DNA from: a virus
DNA length: 43,120 nt
Strand: one strand, 5' to 3'
Virus record (IMG/VR): IMGVR_UViG_3300048911_000054
Under the pieces are notes generated by a model. It saw only the letters and a program-made list of their open reading frames with translations. It had not been told where the DNA came from and searched no databases. Positions 1 to 9,131 of the stretch are shown in pieces (within the stretch, counting starts at the first letter, position 1; every line of letters starts with the position of its first letter). The translations under genes and the position numbers were made by a program.

Positions 1-127
1 TCGGAAAGCTGTACGTTCAGGCGTGTCAGGTCTTTGTAGATGGCGATGATCCATCGCTTGAACCGGGCGAACGCGCCTTGAAGCTCTGGGTTTGGCGCCT
101 TGCCATCTGCCAAATACGCCTCAAAGC
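1..127. repeat. Terminal direct repeat, exact copy of 42994..43120 (circular-assembly overlap or terminal redundancy)
   Basis: tcggaaagctgtacgttcagg...gccaaatacgcctcaaagc read identically at both window ends, 127 nt. Confidence 0.95.
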
Positions 128-2870
128 CCCGGGCGAACTGTTCGTGCTGCTCAACCTCAAACGGACCTTCTGGCTTGGCCCCGGTCCATTCCCGAATCGC
201 CGCAACGTCCTGCTGCATCTGCAATGGCGCATCTGCATCGGCGGCCAAGTCGGTCACCACCTCAAGGTAAAAGTGCCCGAACTCATGGAGTAGCGTAGAA
301 AGGTCACGGCGCGCGGTCACAGTGATCTGGAACTTGCGCTGCTCTCCGGGCTTGCCGTCGTTGAACGTGATGTAACCGCGCGGTTCACGCGGAGCGCCGG
401 TCTGGTCAAGCTGAACTCCCTGAATTGACTCAGGATCTCGCAATATGGCAAGCACCTGATCATCACTCAGCTCGTTAAGGTTAACGCCAAGCTGGTCAAG
501 GTAGTCCTGAAGCTGCTGAAGGTTGGTGGCTTGGTCACGAAGCGTGGCGTTCTCCTGCTCGCTGCTGAAGGTTGGTTGATCATTCATGTCGCGCTGCACG
601 GCGTCGACGATAAGTTGCGGGCCAACGTCTTCACGGGCCACGCCGGGGAAGTAACCGTTTTCCCACGCACGCATCGCCGCGTCATCCAGGCTCAGGCCGC
701 CATCAGCCTTGACCAGACGATTACGACCAACCTTGCCGACGTTCACATCCAGGGCAGCAAGTTCGCCGCCGGCATCGTTCAAACCGCCGGCATCACGCAA
801 GTATTCGACCAGAGACTTGCCGAACAGATCTCTTGATTGCGGGATGTCACTGGTACGCAGACGACCTATAGCAATCCGCATATCGTCGACAGGGACGCGC
901 TGTATTGCATCAGGGGCCTTGTTGCGTACATCGAGAGGAAAGCGCGCCAGCAGCTCCTGAAGTGGCTTCCCGGTACGGTCAGCAAGAGTGGACATGGCGG
1001 ACAGGTGCAGAGCGGCATATTGCTCGGCGTCAGCACGACGGTATCCAGCCTGCTGAAGCTCGCCCATCATGCCGATGAAAGCGTCGTCACGGGCGTCTGG
1101 CGCTCGATCCAAGGTCTTGGCTAGCTCGTTGATCTGCTCTTCCTGGGCTGCCTGCCATTGAGCAGTTTCCTCAATGCTCATTCCTTCGGCCTGGGTTCTG
1201 ATCGAGTTGGCCAGCGCCGCGTGGTGTTCAGCGAAGGCCGTCAGGTAATCGGCCGTCTTCATGCTCACGGAGCCGCCGCTAGCCGTGGCTTCGGCAAACT
1301 GCTCGGACAGGCCAGGGATTCGTTCCAGCAATGCATCCAGAACTGGCGGCGCACCGTCCTGATTCAACTTGGCCAGGGCCTCTGCCGGGATGCTGATCAT
1401 CTCCAGCGGGGAATCCTTAAGCTGCTCCGTGGCCACTCCGTTGAATGCCTCGGCATCTCGAGAGCGCAGCTTGCTATCCAGCGAAGCTGCGACCATCTCG
1501 TCAAGCGTTGCCTTCCCCTGGCGGGCTTGCCGTGACTGGGCCAGGCCGTCCTTGATCGTGTCGATGATTCGGCCCCCACCGAATGTCGCGACCTCAACCG
1601 AAGACATGCCGGCACCAGCCACGGCTTCCATGAGCACATCGCCGCCACTGATCTTCTGATCGGCTGCGTACTGGCCAGCGGCCTCGGATGCGCCACCGAT
1701 AACGCCCTGAACGGGAAACTGGACTGCAAGGTTGGTGGCTTCTCGCTGAGTAGCGGTGAGCGCCTTCCCGCCAATTGCCTTGGGCACCAAAAGCTTTCCG
1801 GCGAGACCCATGCCAAGAACATCCACCGCCGTAGTGCCAGCGGCCTTACGTGCAGCCCTTACACGGGCATCGTCCATCAGCGCATCATCTTGCAGCGCGG
1901 TCAGTACGGCCTTGGGGTTGGTCAGATCGATCTTGGCTTCGCGCAGGATATCCAGAAGCTTGGCGTTGCCTTCGGTGCCGAACTCCACGACGCCAGCAGC
2001 CAGAGGCCCGCCAAGCGCGCCAGCTACCAGCATCTCAGCAGATCCAACGGCAGACCCAGCGGCAGCTCGCGCCGCATACCCTGGGTTCTCTGCTATGGCC
2101 TGGGCCATTGCCGACGCATCGCCGCCAAGCTCCTGATAACGCAGAGCTCCGGGCTCGACTGGCATCTTGTCCAGGTCAGCCTGCTTTGCAACCACATCGC
2201 TGATGGTCTCTGCCTGGCGACCCAGCAGCCGGTTGCGCATCTCCACCCGGCCTTCCGGCGTCTGCTGCATGTAGTCGAAGCCGAAGCCGGTGGGGTTGTC
2301 ACCGTTGGGATATGGGTTCTCGCCAACCAGCGCCGCACGGGTAATTTCCTGATCGATCGAGTCGAAGGACCGACGTAGACGCTCAAGTCTATCCGCGTAT
2401 CCGATGCCAGCCGCCTGCTTGCCCTGGGTGACTGCCTGCTCAACGGCGCCGAACAACTGCTCGCCAGGTGACTGGTTTTCGAACTTGGTGATCTGCTTCG
2501 CGTACTCGATGCGCGTCAGGTTGTCGATGTCATCCTGGGCCAGCGCAGCGGTCTGACCGTTAGAGAGCGCGGCCGCCGTCTTCGGGTAGCTGTCAAAAAC
2601 CGCCGCGTAACGGTTGTTCTTGAGCAGTTTTTCCATCTGATCCTGTTGGCGGTGAAGCACTTCAGCCGGGATGCCTGAGTACTTCGAAACGGCCGTGGCC
2701 TTGGCGAACTCATCAGGGTTCACCTCGCCGACCACCTCAAGGGTTGACATGAAGTCGTTGCGCTGGCGGTCCTTGGTTTGCTGAATGGCATCAGCCAGCA
2801 TCGAAGGCTGGCTGGGGATGATGTCTTCGCCTTGCTCAGGAAGCAGGCCGGTAGTCGGTACGGTTGCCAT
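1..2870 (-). CDS. N-terminal 956 codons of a 2,062-aa giant internal virion/ejection protein (polyvalent-type), continuing through the junction into 39675..42993
   Basis: ATG at 2870 in a TAATG overlap with the upstream stop. Hand translation (MATVPTTGLLPEQGED...) stays open to nt 1 and ends ...FARGFEAYLADGKAPNPELQGAFAR, the text that opens the tracked 39675..43106 ORF. HEFGH is encoded at nt 273-287. Gly/Ala-rich hydrophobic segments are present. Confidence 0.85.
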   Translation of the reverse strand, partial: MATVPTTGLLPEQGEDIIPSQPSMLADAIQQTKDRQRNDFMSTLEVVGEVNPDEFAKATAVSKYSGIPAEVLHRQQDQMEKLLKNNRYAAVFDSYPKTAAALSNGQTAALAQDDIDNLTRIEYAKQITKFENQSPGEQLFGAVEQAVTQGKQAAGIGYADRLERLRRSFDSIDQEITRAALVGENPYPNGDNPTGFGFDYMQQTPEGRVEMRNRLLGRQAETISDVVAKQADLDKMPVEPGALRYQELGGDASAMAQAIAENPGYAARAAAGSAVGSAEMLVAGALGGPLAAGVVEFGTEGNAKLLDILREAKIDLTNPKAVLTALQDDALMDDARVRAARKAAGTTAVDVLGMGLAGKLLVPKAIGGKALTATQREATNLAVQFPVQGVIGGASEAAGQYAADQKISGGDVLMEAVAGAGMSSVEVATFGGGRIIDTIKDGLAQSRQARQGKATLDEMVAASLDSKLRSRDAEAFNGVATEQLKDSPLEMISIPAEALAKLNQDGAPPVLDALLERIPGLSEQFAEATASGGSVSMKTADYLTAFAEHHAALANSIRTQAEGMSIEETAQWQAAQEEQINELAKTLDRAPDARDDAFIGMMGELQQAGYRRADAEQYAALHLSAMSTLADRTGKPLQELLARFPLDVRNKAPDAIQRVPVDDMRIAIGRLRTSDIPQSRDLFGKSLVEYLRDAGGLNDAGGELAALDVNVGKVGRNRLVKADGGLSLDDAAMRAWENGYFPGVAREDVGPQLIVDAVQRDMNDQPTFSSEQENATLRDQATNLQQLQDYLDQLGVNLNELSDDQVLAILRDPESIQGVQLDQTGAPREPRGYITFNDGKPGEQRKFQITVTARRDLSTLLHEFGHFYLEVVTDLAADADAPLQMQQDVAAIREWTGAKPEGPFEVEQHEQFARGFEAYLADGKAPNPELQGAFARFKRWIIAIYKDLTRLNVQLS

Positions 2871-5011
2871 TATTTGATTTTCACCCCAAGGCCAGAGATT
2901 CGGTTGACGTATGCAGCGATGATATTCGCTTCGCTGGCCTGCTGCCCGCTTGCACGCAATGCGTTGATTATCTCGCGCCTATCACTCGGCGGGATCTTGT
3001 CTATCTTCAACGTGCCTTTGTTCAGGTAGGTATCAGCCAAGTCTTCTGGCTTGGTCTCCCACAGCGCCTGCTCCTTATCGCCAAACAGCATGCCGCCACC
3101 GGTTAACTTGACCTTCAGCAGCAACTGGTTGGCCAGGTCTTCTGTCTCCTGAATGTTTGGCTCGCGGTCGAACTTGACCCGGAATGAGTCCTGACGCTCT
3201 TGCAGCGCGCTGCGGAACTGCTGCTGCTTTTCCAAGTTGCCAGGGGCCTTGGCCTTTGCGTTGTCGCCGGTGATGATTCCGGCCATGGCCATTGCCGTGT
3301 TCACCACTTTCTCTTTCCCAGCGGCTACCTGCTGCGCCGTGCCGTCACCGTTCTGAGCTTTCTGCCAAGCGCCCCGCACGGTGTTGAAGTCGGAATTGCT
3401 CAGATAGGGGCGGATGTCCTTCTCAAGGCCCATGGATGCCAGGCGGTCTGGTGGCATCTGCAAGAACTCCTGCAGCTTGCTGTAATCGGTAGTTGGCTCC
3501 GTACCCTTGCGGCGGTAGTCATCCATGCGCTGGAGCTTTACCAGCTCATCACCGGGCAAGTTGTTGATCAGCTGAGCCGGGATTGTCGAGAAGCCGCCAT
3601 CAAGCACGTACTTGCTGGCCTGGTCGTACAGCGCGTTCGTCTGAGCCTCATAGGCCTTTTTGCGATCATCCAGGTTGTCCATGACGAACTTCTTCAGCTG
3701 CGGATCTTGGATCGTGTTGGCCTGCTGAAGTCCGTCCGCGTACTTCTGCGAGGCCGGAACGGTTGGCGCTGCCTGCGACATGATGTTGGCCGTGTAGTTG
3801 CGCGTCTCCTGGAATGGAATTTTCTGGATGAAATCCTGCGCTGCGGTGCCTCCCTGGCGCGGGTCTGGCAACTGAACCTTGGACGGGTTCTTACCGGTCT
3901 TGTTGGTTCCGTTTATCCAATCCTCAACCATGCCAGGGCCGGCGTTGTAGGCGGCCACTGCCAGGGTTTGGTTGCCATCGAAATGCCCAAGCATCTTGTT
4001 GATGTATGCAGTGCCCAGCGCGGCGTTGTAGTTCGGATCAGTGGCCAGGCGCTCCTTGCTGTACGGAATTCCAAGCTCTCGGGACACTTCCTCGGCAGTC
4101 TCCGGCATGAGCTGCATCACGCCCAGGGCGCCCTTGGGAGACACGGCGTTCTGGTTGCCTGCGCTCTCAGCCTGCATGATCAGCGCCGGCAGCGCGGCGT
4201 GGCCAACTTCTCCCTTGTCCCAAATGTCGGCCGCCATCTTGGTTGCCATCTGCTGCCGTACAGAGGTTCCAAGCAGCTTTTGCGCCTTTATCTGGTCAGC
4301 CGCTGTCATCGTTGCGGCGGACTGGGCGTAGTACTGCTGGGCCTGCAGCGGATCGGAGGTGACAAGACGCTGAATCACGCTGCTCGCTACCTGGCTGTCG
4401 AACTGGCGCTGCTGCTCCAGGATGGCCTCTGGCGCCATGCCTTTACGCATGCCCATCTCGCCAAGCACATACGCACCCTTGCTCCGGTAGAAGGCCACCT
4501 GCTCAGGATCGTTGGCGTACTTGACGGCACCATCCAGCGACGTGGCGATATTGGCCTGGTCTGCTTGGTCGTAAAACGCGTTGCGCTGGGTGTGTTCGTA
4601 GCGGTTCAGTTCACCGCTCAGGCCCAGGCGCTGGTTCTGGACAATCCGCTGAAACTGCTCTTTCTGCCGGGCGTTGGTCAGCCCCATCCCGATCTGTTCC
4701 GCCTGCTTGTCGAACTGCGGCAGAGTCTGATTGGTGATGTCCAGTGCATCCTTACCCTGGCGCGTGTATGCCCCCCCGTTCTGGTTGAACATCAGATCAA
4801 GTCGGTTCTGCGAAAGCTTGGCCTCAGCATCCATCAGAGCGGCGTTGTCGGCTCGTTGCATCTCGCGCTGGGCCAGGTCCGCACCAACCCCAACAACAGT
4901 CTGCTGGAGTTGGTAGCCGGACATGTCAGGGCCGACAGATTGAACCTGAGGGGCCGGCAGAGCCCGGTTCGCAACCCCAGGAAGTTCTTGTGTTGGTACG
5001 GTGATAGCCAT
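2870..5011 (-). CDS. Internal virion protein with soluble lytic transglycosylase (SLT) domain, 713 aa (T7 gp15 position)
   Basis: SLT motifs AESAGNQNAVSPKGALGVMQLMPETA ... AYNAGPGMVEDWI. SD AAGGAGAG precedes the ATG. Confidence 0.85.
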   Translation of the reverse strand: MAITVPTQELPGVANRALPAPQVQSVGPDMSGYQLQQTVVGVGADLAQREMQRADNAALMDAEAKLSQNRLDLMFNQNGGAYTRQGKDALDITNQTLPQFDKQAEQIGMGLTNARQKEQFQRIVQNQRLGLSGELNRYEHTQRNAFYDQADQANIATSLDGAVKYANDPEQVAFYRSKGAYVLGEMGMRKGMAPEAILEQQRQFDSQVASSVIQRLVTSDPLQAQQYYAQSAATMTAADQIKAQKLLGTSVRQQMATKMAADIWDKGEVGHAALPALIMQAESAGNQNAVSPKGALGVMQLMPETAEEVSRELGIPYSKERLATDPNYNAALGTAYINKMLGHFDGNQTLAVAAYNAGPGMVEDWINGTNKTGKNPSKVQLPDPRQGGTAAQDFIQKIPFQETRNYTANIMSQAAPTVPASQKYADGLQQANTIQDPQLKKFVMDNLDDRKKAYEAQTNALYDQASKYVLDGGFSTIPAQLINNLPGDELVKLQRMDDYRRKGTEPTTDYSKLQEFLQMPPDRLASMGLEKDIRPYLSNSDFNTVRGAWQKAQNGDGTAQQVAAGKEKVVNTAMAMAGIITGDNAKAKAPGNLEKQQQFRSALQERQDSFRVKFDREPNIQETEDLANQLLLKVKLTGGGMLFGDKEQALWETKPEDLADTYLNKGTLKIDKIPPSDRREIINALRASGQQASEANIIAAYVNRISGLGVKIK

Positions 5012-5021
5012 TGGTCTCTCC

Positions 5022-5576
5022 TTATGCGTACGCGCTGGTCAAGAAGCTGCCGGACGATGCGCCGAATCCTGAACTGGCGCCGCCGCCACCTCCGAACATG
5101 GATGCGCCGCCGCCACCGAAGAACGAGCCGGCGCCCTTAACAACGCCACCCAAAAGACTGTTCTGCTTTGCATTCTGTCCGGCCAGCACAGTATCTGTGG
5201 CATTCCTGAACCCTTGCATGGCCTGGACTTTAAGGCCGTATGCCTCGCGTGCGGCGTTGTTCTGGATCGTGAGCGCGTCAAGTTCGCCGAGCTGGGCCGT
5301 ATCCTGTTGCAGAACAGAGTTGGTGCCCTCGTCTACCAGGCCACCGTTGGCAGCCATGGCGGTACGCTGGGTACCAATCATCTGACCAGTGCGCAGGCGC
5401 TGAAGGTCGGCGTCATACCGGCCCCGCGATAAAGCATCGTCCGCTGCGTTGTTGGCGTACATCGCGTTTGTACGCATGGTTCTCGCCTGGCTTTGAGCCT
5501 GGGCGTCCTGCGCATTACCTTGTGAAATACCGCCGACCACTGCCAGCGCTACCGGAATCAATGCCATCCAGCACAT
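5022..5576 (-). CDS. Internal virion protein, N-terminal TM helix and Gly-rich tail, 184 aa (T7 gp14 position)
   Basis: MCWMALIPVALAVVGG TM segment, Gln/Ala-rich middle, GGGGASMFGGGGGASSGFG C-terminus. SD GAGAGGTG. Confidence 0.65.
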   Translation of the reverse strand: MCWMALIPVALAVVGGISQGNAQDAQAQSQARTMRTNAMYANNAADDALSRGRYDADLQRLRTGQMIGTQRTAMAANGGLVDEGTNSVLQQDTAQLGELDALTIQNNAAREAYGLKVQAMQGFRNATDTVLAGQNAKQNSLLGGVVKGAGSFFGGGGASMFGGGGGASSGFGASSGSFLTSAYA

Positions 5577-5578
5577 GG

Positions 5579-6052
5579 TTACACCTCTCGTTTAAGTTGG
5601 AATTGAAAGAATGGTAGGCCTTTGGGGCCGTATGGCACAGCCTCGCCGAACTTGAACCCCAGCCATTTCAGCCAGCGAATGGCCTGAGTGTTGCGGGCGT
5701 CGACGTAGTTGATCAGAGTGTCATGCCTGGTCAGCATCTCAAGCACCTCTTCACGGCATACTCGCAGGAACGGCTTGGCGCGCCTGTCCACGTGGATCGT
5801 GCTGATCAGCCAAGGCACGCCGATGGACTGCTGCACGTCATGAACACTGTCGCCGAACACCGCAACAACCTTTCCGCCGACAACGATCTTGCTGGCCTTG
5901 CAGCTGCCGCCGAAGCAAAGGCGCAGGCCATGCTCCATCTCGATGCCAAGCGCTTCTGTGATCTCTTCAAGATCAGCCTGACGCACGATGGCCGCAATCT
6001 CTGCGGCCTCGTCGATACTTACTGGTAACACCTGCGCTTTCTGCTTCATCAC
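5579..6052 (-). CDS. Small virion-module protein with GNAT-like C-terminal signature, 157 aa (T7 gp13 position)
   Basis: ...NYVDARNTQAIRWLKWLGFKF resembles the GNAT beta5-alpha4 region. ATGA overlap with the upstream gene. Confidence 0.5.
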   Translation of the reverse strand: MMKQKAQVLPVSIDEAAEIAAIVRQADLEEITEALGIEMEHGLRLCFGGSCKASKIVVGGKVVAVFGDSVHDVQQSIGVPWLISTIHVDRRAKPFLRVCREEVLEMLTRHDTLINYVDARNTQAIRWLKWLGFKFGEAVPYGPKGLPFFQFQLKREV

Positions 6053-8424
6053 TTTCTCCCCGCCAATGTCAGTTCAGGAATGATAGCGAGAACCGTGATA
6101 GGTAGTGGGTCTAACTGCCTGATGAAAACCTGTCCCTGGCCATCCCAATCGTTCGGAATGTTAATCCGCCCGGCGCCAGAAAGAAGCTCTGTAGGATCGT
6201 TATAGTTTTCGAACTCGCGCTGCTTCAGCTCGTAGAAAGTTTTGCCTTCGCCGGCAGACGCGAATATCCCGCGCGACTCATCCACCACCACAGTTACCGA
6301 CGATACTGTTTTGTGCTTGTCGTTCAATGTCTCCTGGCCTTGGATGTTGATGCGCAGGGTTTCAATGTCACTGACGTAAGGCAGTCCTATGTGGGCCACC
6401 GCAGCGTGGTCTGGAAGGGTTACGGCACCCCCTGATACCACCAGGTTTATTGGCGTCGAATCAGGTCCGTTTTGGCTGACAACATTCCCATCCGCCAGGA
6501 TAGCCACACCTTTCCCCTCGATATGGGAAAGGCCGCCAAAGGTCTTCAGAGCCAGCGCCCAGTTCACGACGGGGACATTACGTAGACCCACAGGCACTAC
6601 GCTTGCAGGCACCACGGACACCACGCCTGGCGAAACGTAGGAGGTCACGTCAAGCCTGAGAATATTTTGCGTCTGCGGATCTCTCATGTGGATTTGCCGG
6701 CCAACGTCTGCCGCGCTGAAACCTGAGCCGGATGAACTGGTTACGTTCATCGGTTCCGGATATTCCCATGTCACGCCACCAGACAGGGTGTAGGTCGTAG
6801 TCCCCTGGTTCCACCCCTGGTAGCTAAGCCCGCAATCCACGAAATACGACTGGGCCACATCACGCTCCTGAGTGCCGCGAATCAGCGGTATCTGGCGAGA
6901 CTGCATTCGCTCAATGTAGCGCCGTGTAACGCCCTGGATGATGCGGCGCACCACCATGTAAACGATGTCGTCAGAGCCCTCGGGGATGCAGGTTATTGAC
7001 TCGACGAAGCCGTCAGTCTCGTGTTGGTGCCAGGCCACAACGTCCTGCTTCTTCATGTAGGTAAGGCCCAGTAGGGCGCCGTCGCCGCGAACAGCCCACA
7101 CAATCGAATCAGGAAGCTTTTGGTAGGTCCATTCGATCACTGGATAGTCACGGAAAAGGTGTGCGCTCCAGATTGTCAGATCGTCACTCGCAAGCCCATC
7201 AGCCTCAAGCGAGTAGTTCAGGGATGAAACGGCCTGGCCACGGCCCTGCAGATACAGAGCGGTGTCGTTCAGTACAAGCGGCGGAACAAAGCCTGAGCCG
7301 TTATAGCTCTGTGGATTGCCATTGATAGTCTTGCCGGTAAATCCCGACGTTGCCCCTGCGATGATCCATTCAGCGCCTGATGTCAGCGTCAAAAGCTGGC
7401 GCAAGGGTAGGTAGTTCAGAATCCTGTTCACCTCGGTGCTGGCCATTGTCCAGGTGATCGCGTCATCATCCTTGCTCGGCGTGGCGTAACCGAAGTTGTT
7501 AAAAACACCGGTTCGACTGAAGTAGCTGGTCTGTGGCCTGTTGAGAGTGCCGCCGTATACCTTTCGCTGTTGGTAGTAGCCAACGGCGCCCGGATAGTTG
7601 CCAGCCCCCACAAACGGATCAAGGCCAGATGGAGGCGTATCAGTCTTTGTCGGCGTGATGTTCACATCGGTGAAGGTCGCGGTAGTTGATCGACCTGTGA
7701 AGCCGTATACGCCAGCACCAGAGTTATCCTTGTAGATGTTGTAATAAGTTGCACCGGAAACTGTTGGCCAAGTCACAGTGGCTTGCAGGACGCTGGCGAA
7801 CACAGTTATGGCGTTTGACGTGACAGGAAGCGATTCCTCTAAAGTGTTTGCATCGTCATATACGGCCGTCACTTGGTACCGCCAGACCTGAGTATTTCCA
7901 GTGCCGCCGGCAGGTGTAGCAGTTGCCGAAGCGGGCGCTGCAATAGATGGCAGATAAGTAGCCTCAGTCAAAGTCCAGTTGTCATTGGCAAAACGCTTAA
8001 GCTCACGCGGACGGTATAGCGTGTGTACGAATGTCATCACGTCAGCTGACTGGGTGAAGTTCAGCTGGGCCAAGTCGGCCAACGTATATGGTGTGACCAG
8101 TTCGAAAGGTTGGCCGATATTTGGGCCGGCGCTGTTCACAACGTACACACCGTTGCGCACGACTCGCATCTTGAGATTGCTGAACACCAATACACAGGCA
8201 TCGCTGATGCTGAACTTGAAGCGGATCAGCCTGACCTGCTCATTGTTTACAGTCTGGTCGACGTAGCGAGTTCCAGGGCGATTGCGGACGCCTCCCTGTG
8301 ACATGACCGTGAAGTTCTTGCAGGTCTTCAGGCTTATCTGGTAACGCTGCAAATCTACCCGTGCGCCAAGGGCTGGAGAGATCTCCCCGCCGCCAAAACT
8401 TGGCTGAATGACAGAGATGCCCAT
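6049..8424 (-). CDS. Tail tubular protein B / nozzle-like protein, 791 aa
   Basis: Start moved to ATG 8424 (MGISVIQPSFGGGEISPAL...), with SD GGAGG, one nt after the stop of the upstream gene. Size and position match T7 gp12. Confidence 0.7.
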   Translation of the reverse strand: MGISVIQPSFGGGEISPALGARVDLQRYQISLKTCKNFTVMSQGGVRNRPGTRYVDQTVNNEQVRLIRFKFSISDACVLVFSNLKMRVVRNGVYVVNSAGPNIGQPFELVTPYTLADLAQLNFTQSADVMTFVHTLYRPRELKRFANDNWTLTEATYLPSIAAPASATATPAGGTGNTQVWRYQVTAVYDDANTLEESLPVTSNAITVFASVLQATVTWPTVSGATYYNIYKDNSGAGVYGFTGRSTTATFTDVNITPTKTDTPPSGLDPFVGAGNYPGAVGYYQQRKVYGGTLNRPQTSYFSRTGVFNNFGYATPSKDDDAITWTMASTEVNRILNYLPLRQLLTLTSGAEWIIAGATSGFTGKTINGNPQSYNGSGFVPPLVLNDTALYLQGRGQAVSSLNYSLEADGLASDDLTIWSAHLFRDYPVIEWTYQKLPDSIVWAVRGDGALLGLTYMKKQDVVAWHQHETDGFVESITCIPEGSDDIVYMVVRRIIQGVTRRYIERMQSRQIPLIRGTQERDVAQSYFVDCGLSYQGWNQGTTTYTLSGGVTWEYPEPMNVTSSSGSGFSAADVGRQIHMRDPQTQNILRLDVTSYVSPGVVSVVPASVVPVGLRNVPVVNWALALKTFGGLSHIEGKGVAILADGNVVSQNGPDSTPINLVVSGGAVTLPDHAAVAHIGLPYVSDIETLRINIQGQETLNDKHKTVSSVTVVVDESRGIFASAGEGKTFYELKQREFENYNDPTELLSGAGRINIPNDWDGQGQVFIRQLDPLPITVLAIIPELTLAGRK

Positions 8425-8425
8425 T

Positions 8426-9067
8426 TCAGTACCTCCAGCCATTCGTGCAGAACGGACCGCCAGACTCTCGTCCCGTGATGTAGTCCACACTTGCGCCAAG
8501 GATATCGCCAGTCGACTCGTTAAGATCCTGCGATGCAGCCAACTGCCAGGCCTGGATGTATCCTGCCATAGCGTTCTGCACAACCGATGTCTGCGCAGTC
8601 ATCGGCACGGCGATCAACTCGGCAAGCTTCCATGACAAAGCCTCAACAAACAAAGGGGGGAATCTGCCGGCGTCGGTGATGCGCACAACGTAAGCCAGCT
8701 CAGCATCCTGCTCATTGGTCCAGATTACCTGTCCACCATCGCCATATCCGGTGTTGAAGTTCTGGCGCTCATGGATAGATTGCGGGCGATATATGCGCCC
8801 GGCCGGCGTCAAGTGCATGGCCTTCAGGCAGTCAGTCGGATACTGGTACTGATAGAGCCAGCCTCGTGGTGGTGTTCCGATCAGCGCCAGCGTGGCGATC
8901 TTGGTTGCGAACTGCCAAGGGAACTGGGCCAGCGCTGTATCACGAGCCAGATCCCAAAACCTGTTGCATACCTGCAGAGCCTTGGAGCGCTCTTCCAGGC
9001 TGGCAACAGTCTCTGAAATCCCGATGTTGCCAAGGGCCATGTTGTAAATCTCGACCTGCGATGTCAT
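8426..9067 (-). CDS. Head-to-tail adaptor / tail tubular protein A-like, 213 aa
   Basis: N-terminus MTSQVEIYNMALGNIGISETVASL is typical of podovirus gp11-like adaptors. It lies immediately upstream of the nozzle gene. Confidence 0.6.
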   Translation of the reverse strand: MTSQVEIYNMALGNIGISETVASLEERSKALQVCNRFWDLARDTALAQFPWQFATKIATLALIGTPPRGWLYQYQYPTDCLKAMHLTPAGRIYRPQSIHERQNFNTGYGDGGQVIWTNEQDAELAYVVRITDAGRFPPLFVEALSWKLAELIAVPMTAQTSVVQNAMAGYIQAWQLAASQDLNESTGDILGASVDYITGRESGGPFCTNGWRY

Positions 9068-9083
9068 AGCAAATCTCCAGATG

Positions 9084-9111
9084 AAAAAAAGGGAACCAAA
9101 AAGGCTCCCTT
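9084..9111 (-). terminator. Intrinsic terminator between the capsid genes and the tail genes
   Basis: Minus-sense AAGGGAGCC-uuuuu-GGUUCCCUU followed by U7. Confidence 0.7.
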
Positions 9112-9131
9112 AAGATTAACGCTTCCTGCGA

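Noticed and set aside
26-298. Short ORFs listed at the window start (26..238 minus, 78..293 and 92..298 plus)
   Set aside because: They lie inside, and out of frame with, the continuous giant ORF that carries the HExxH motif.
3200-5140. 646-aa plus-strand ORF antisense to the SLT-domain gene
   Set aside because: Leu/Arg/Gly/Val-rich, low-complexity translation typical of the antisense frame of a GC-rich gene. No SD and no recognisable motif. The minus strand carries clear SLT motifs and tight coupling to its neighbours.
8425-8583. 53-codon N-terminal extension of the nozzle ORF (track start 8583)
   Set aside because: It overlaps the adaptor gene's 3' end. ATG 8424 has a GGAGG SD and starts one nt after the adaptor stop.
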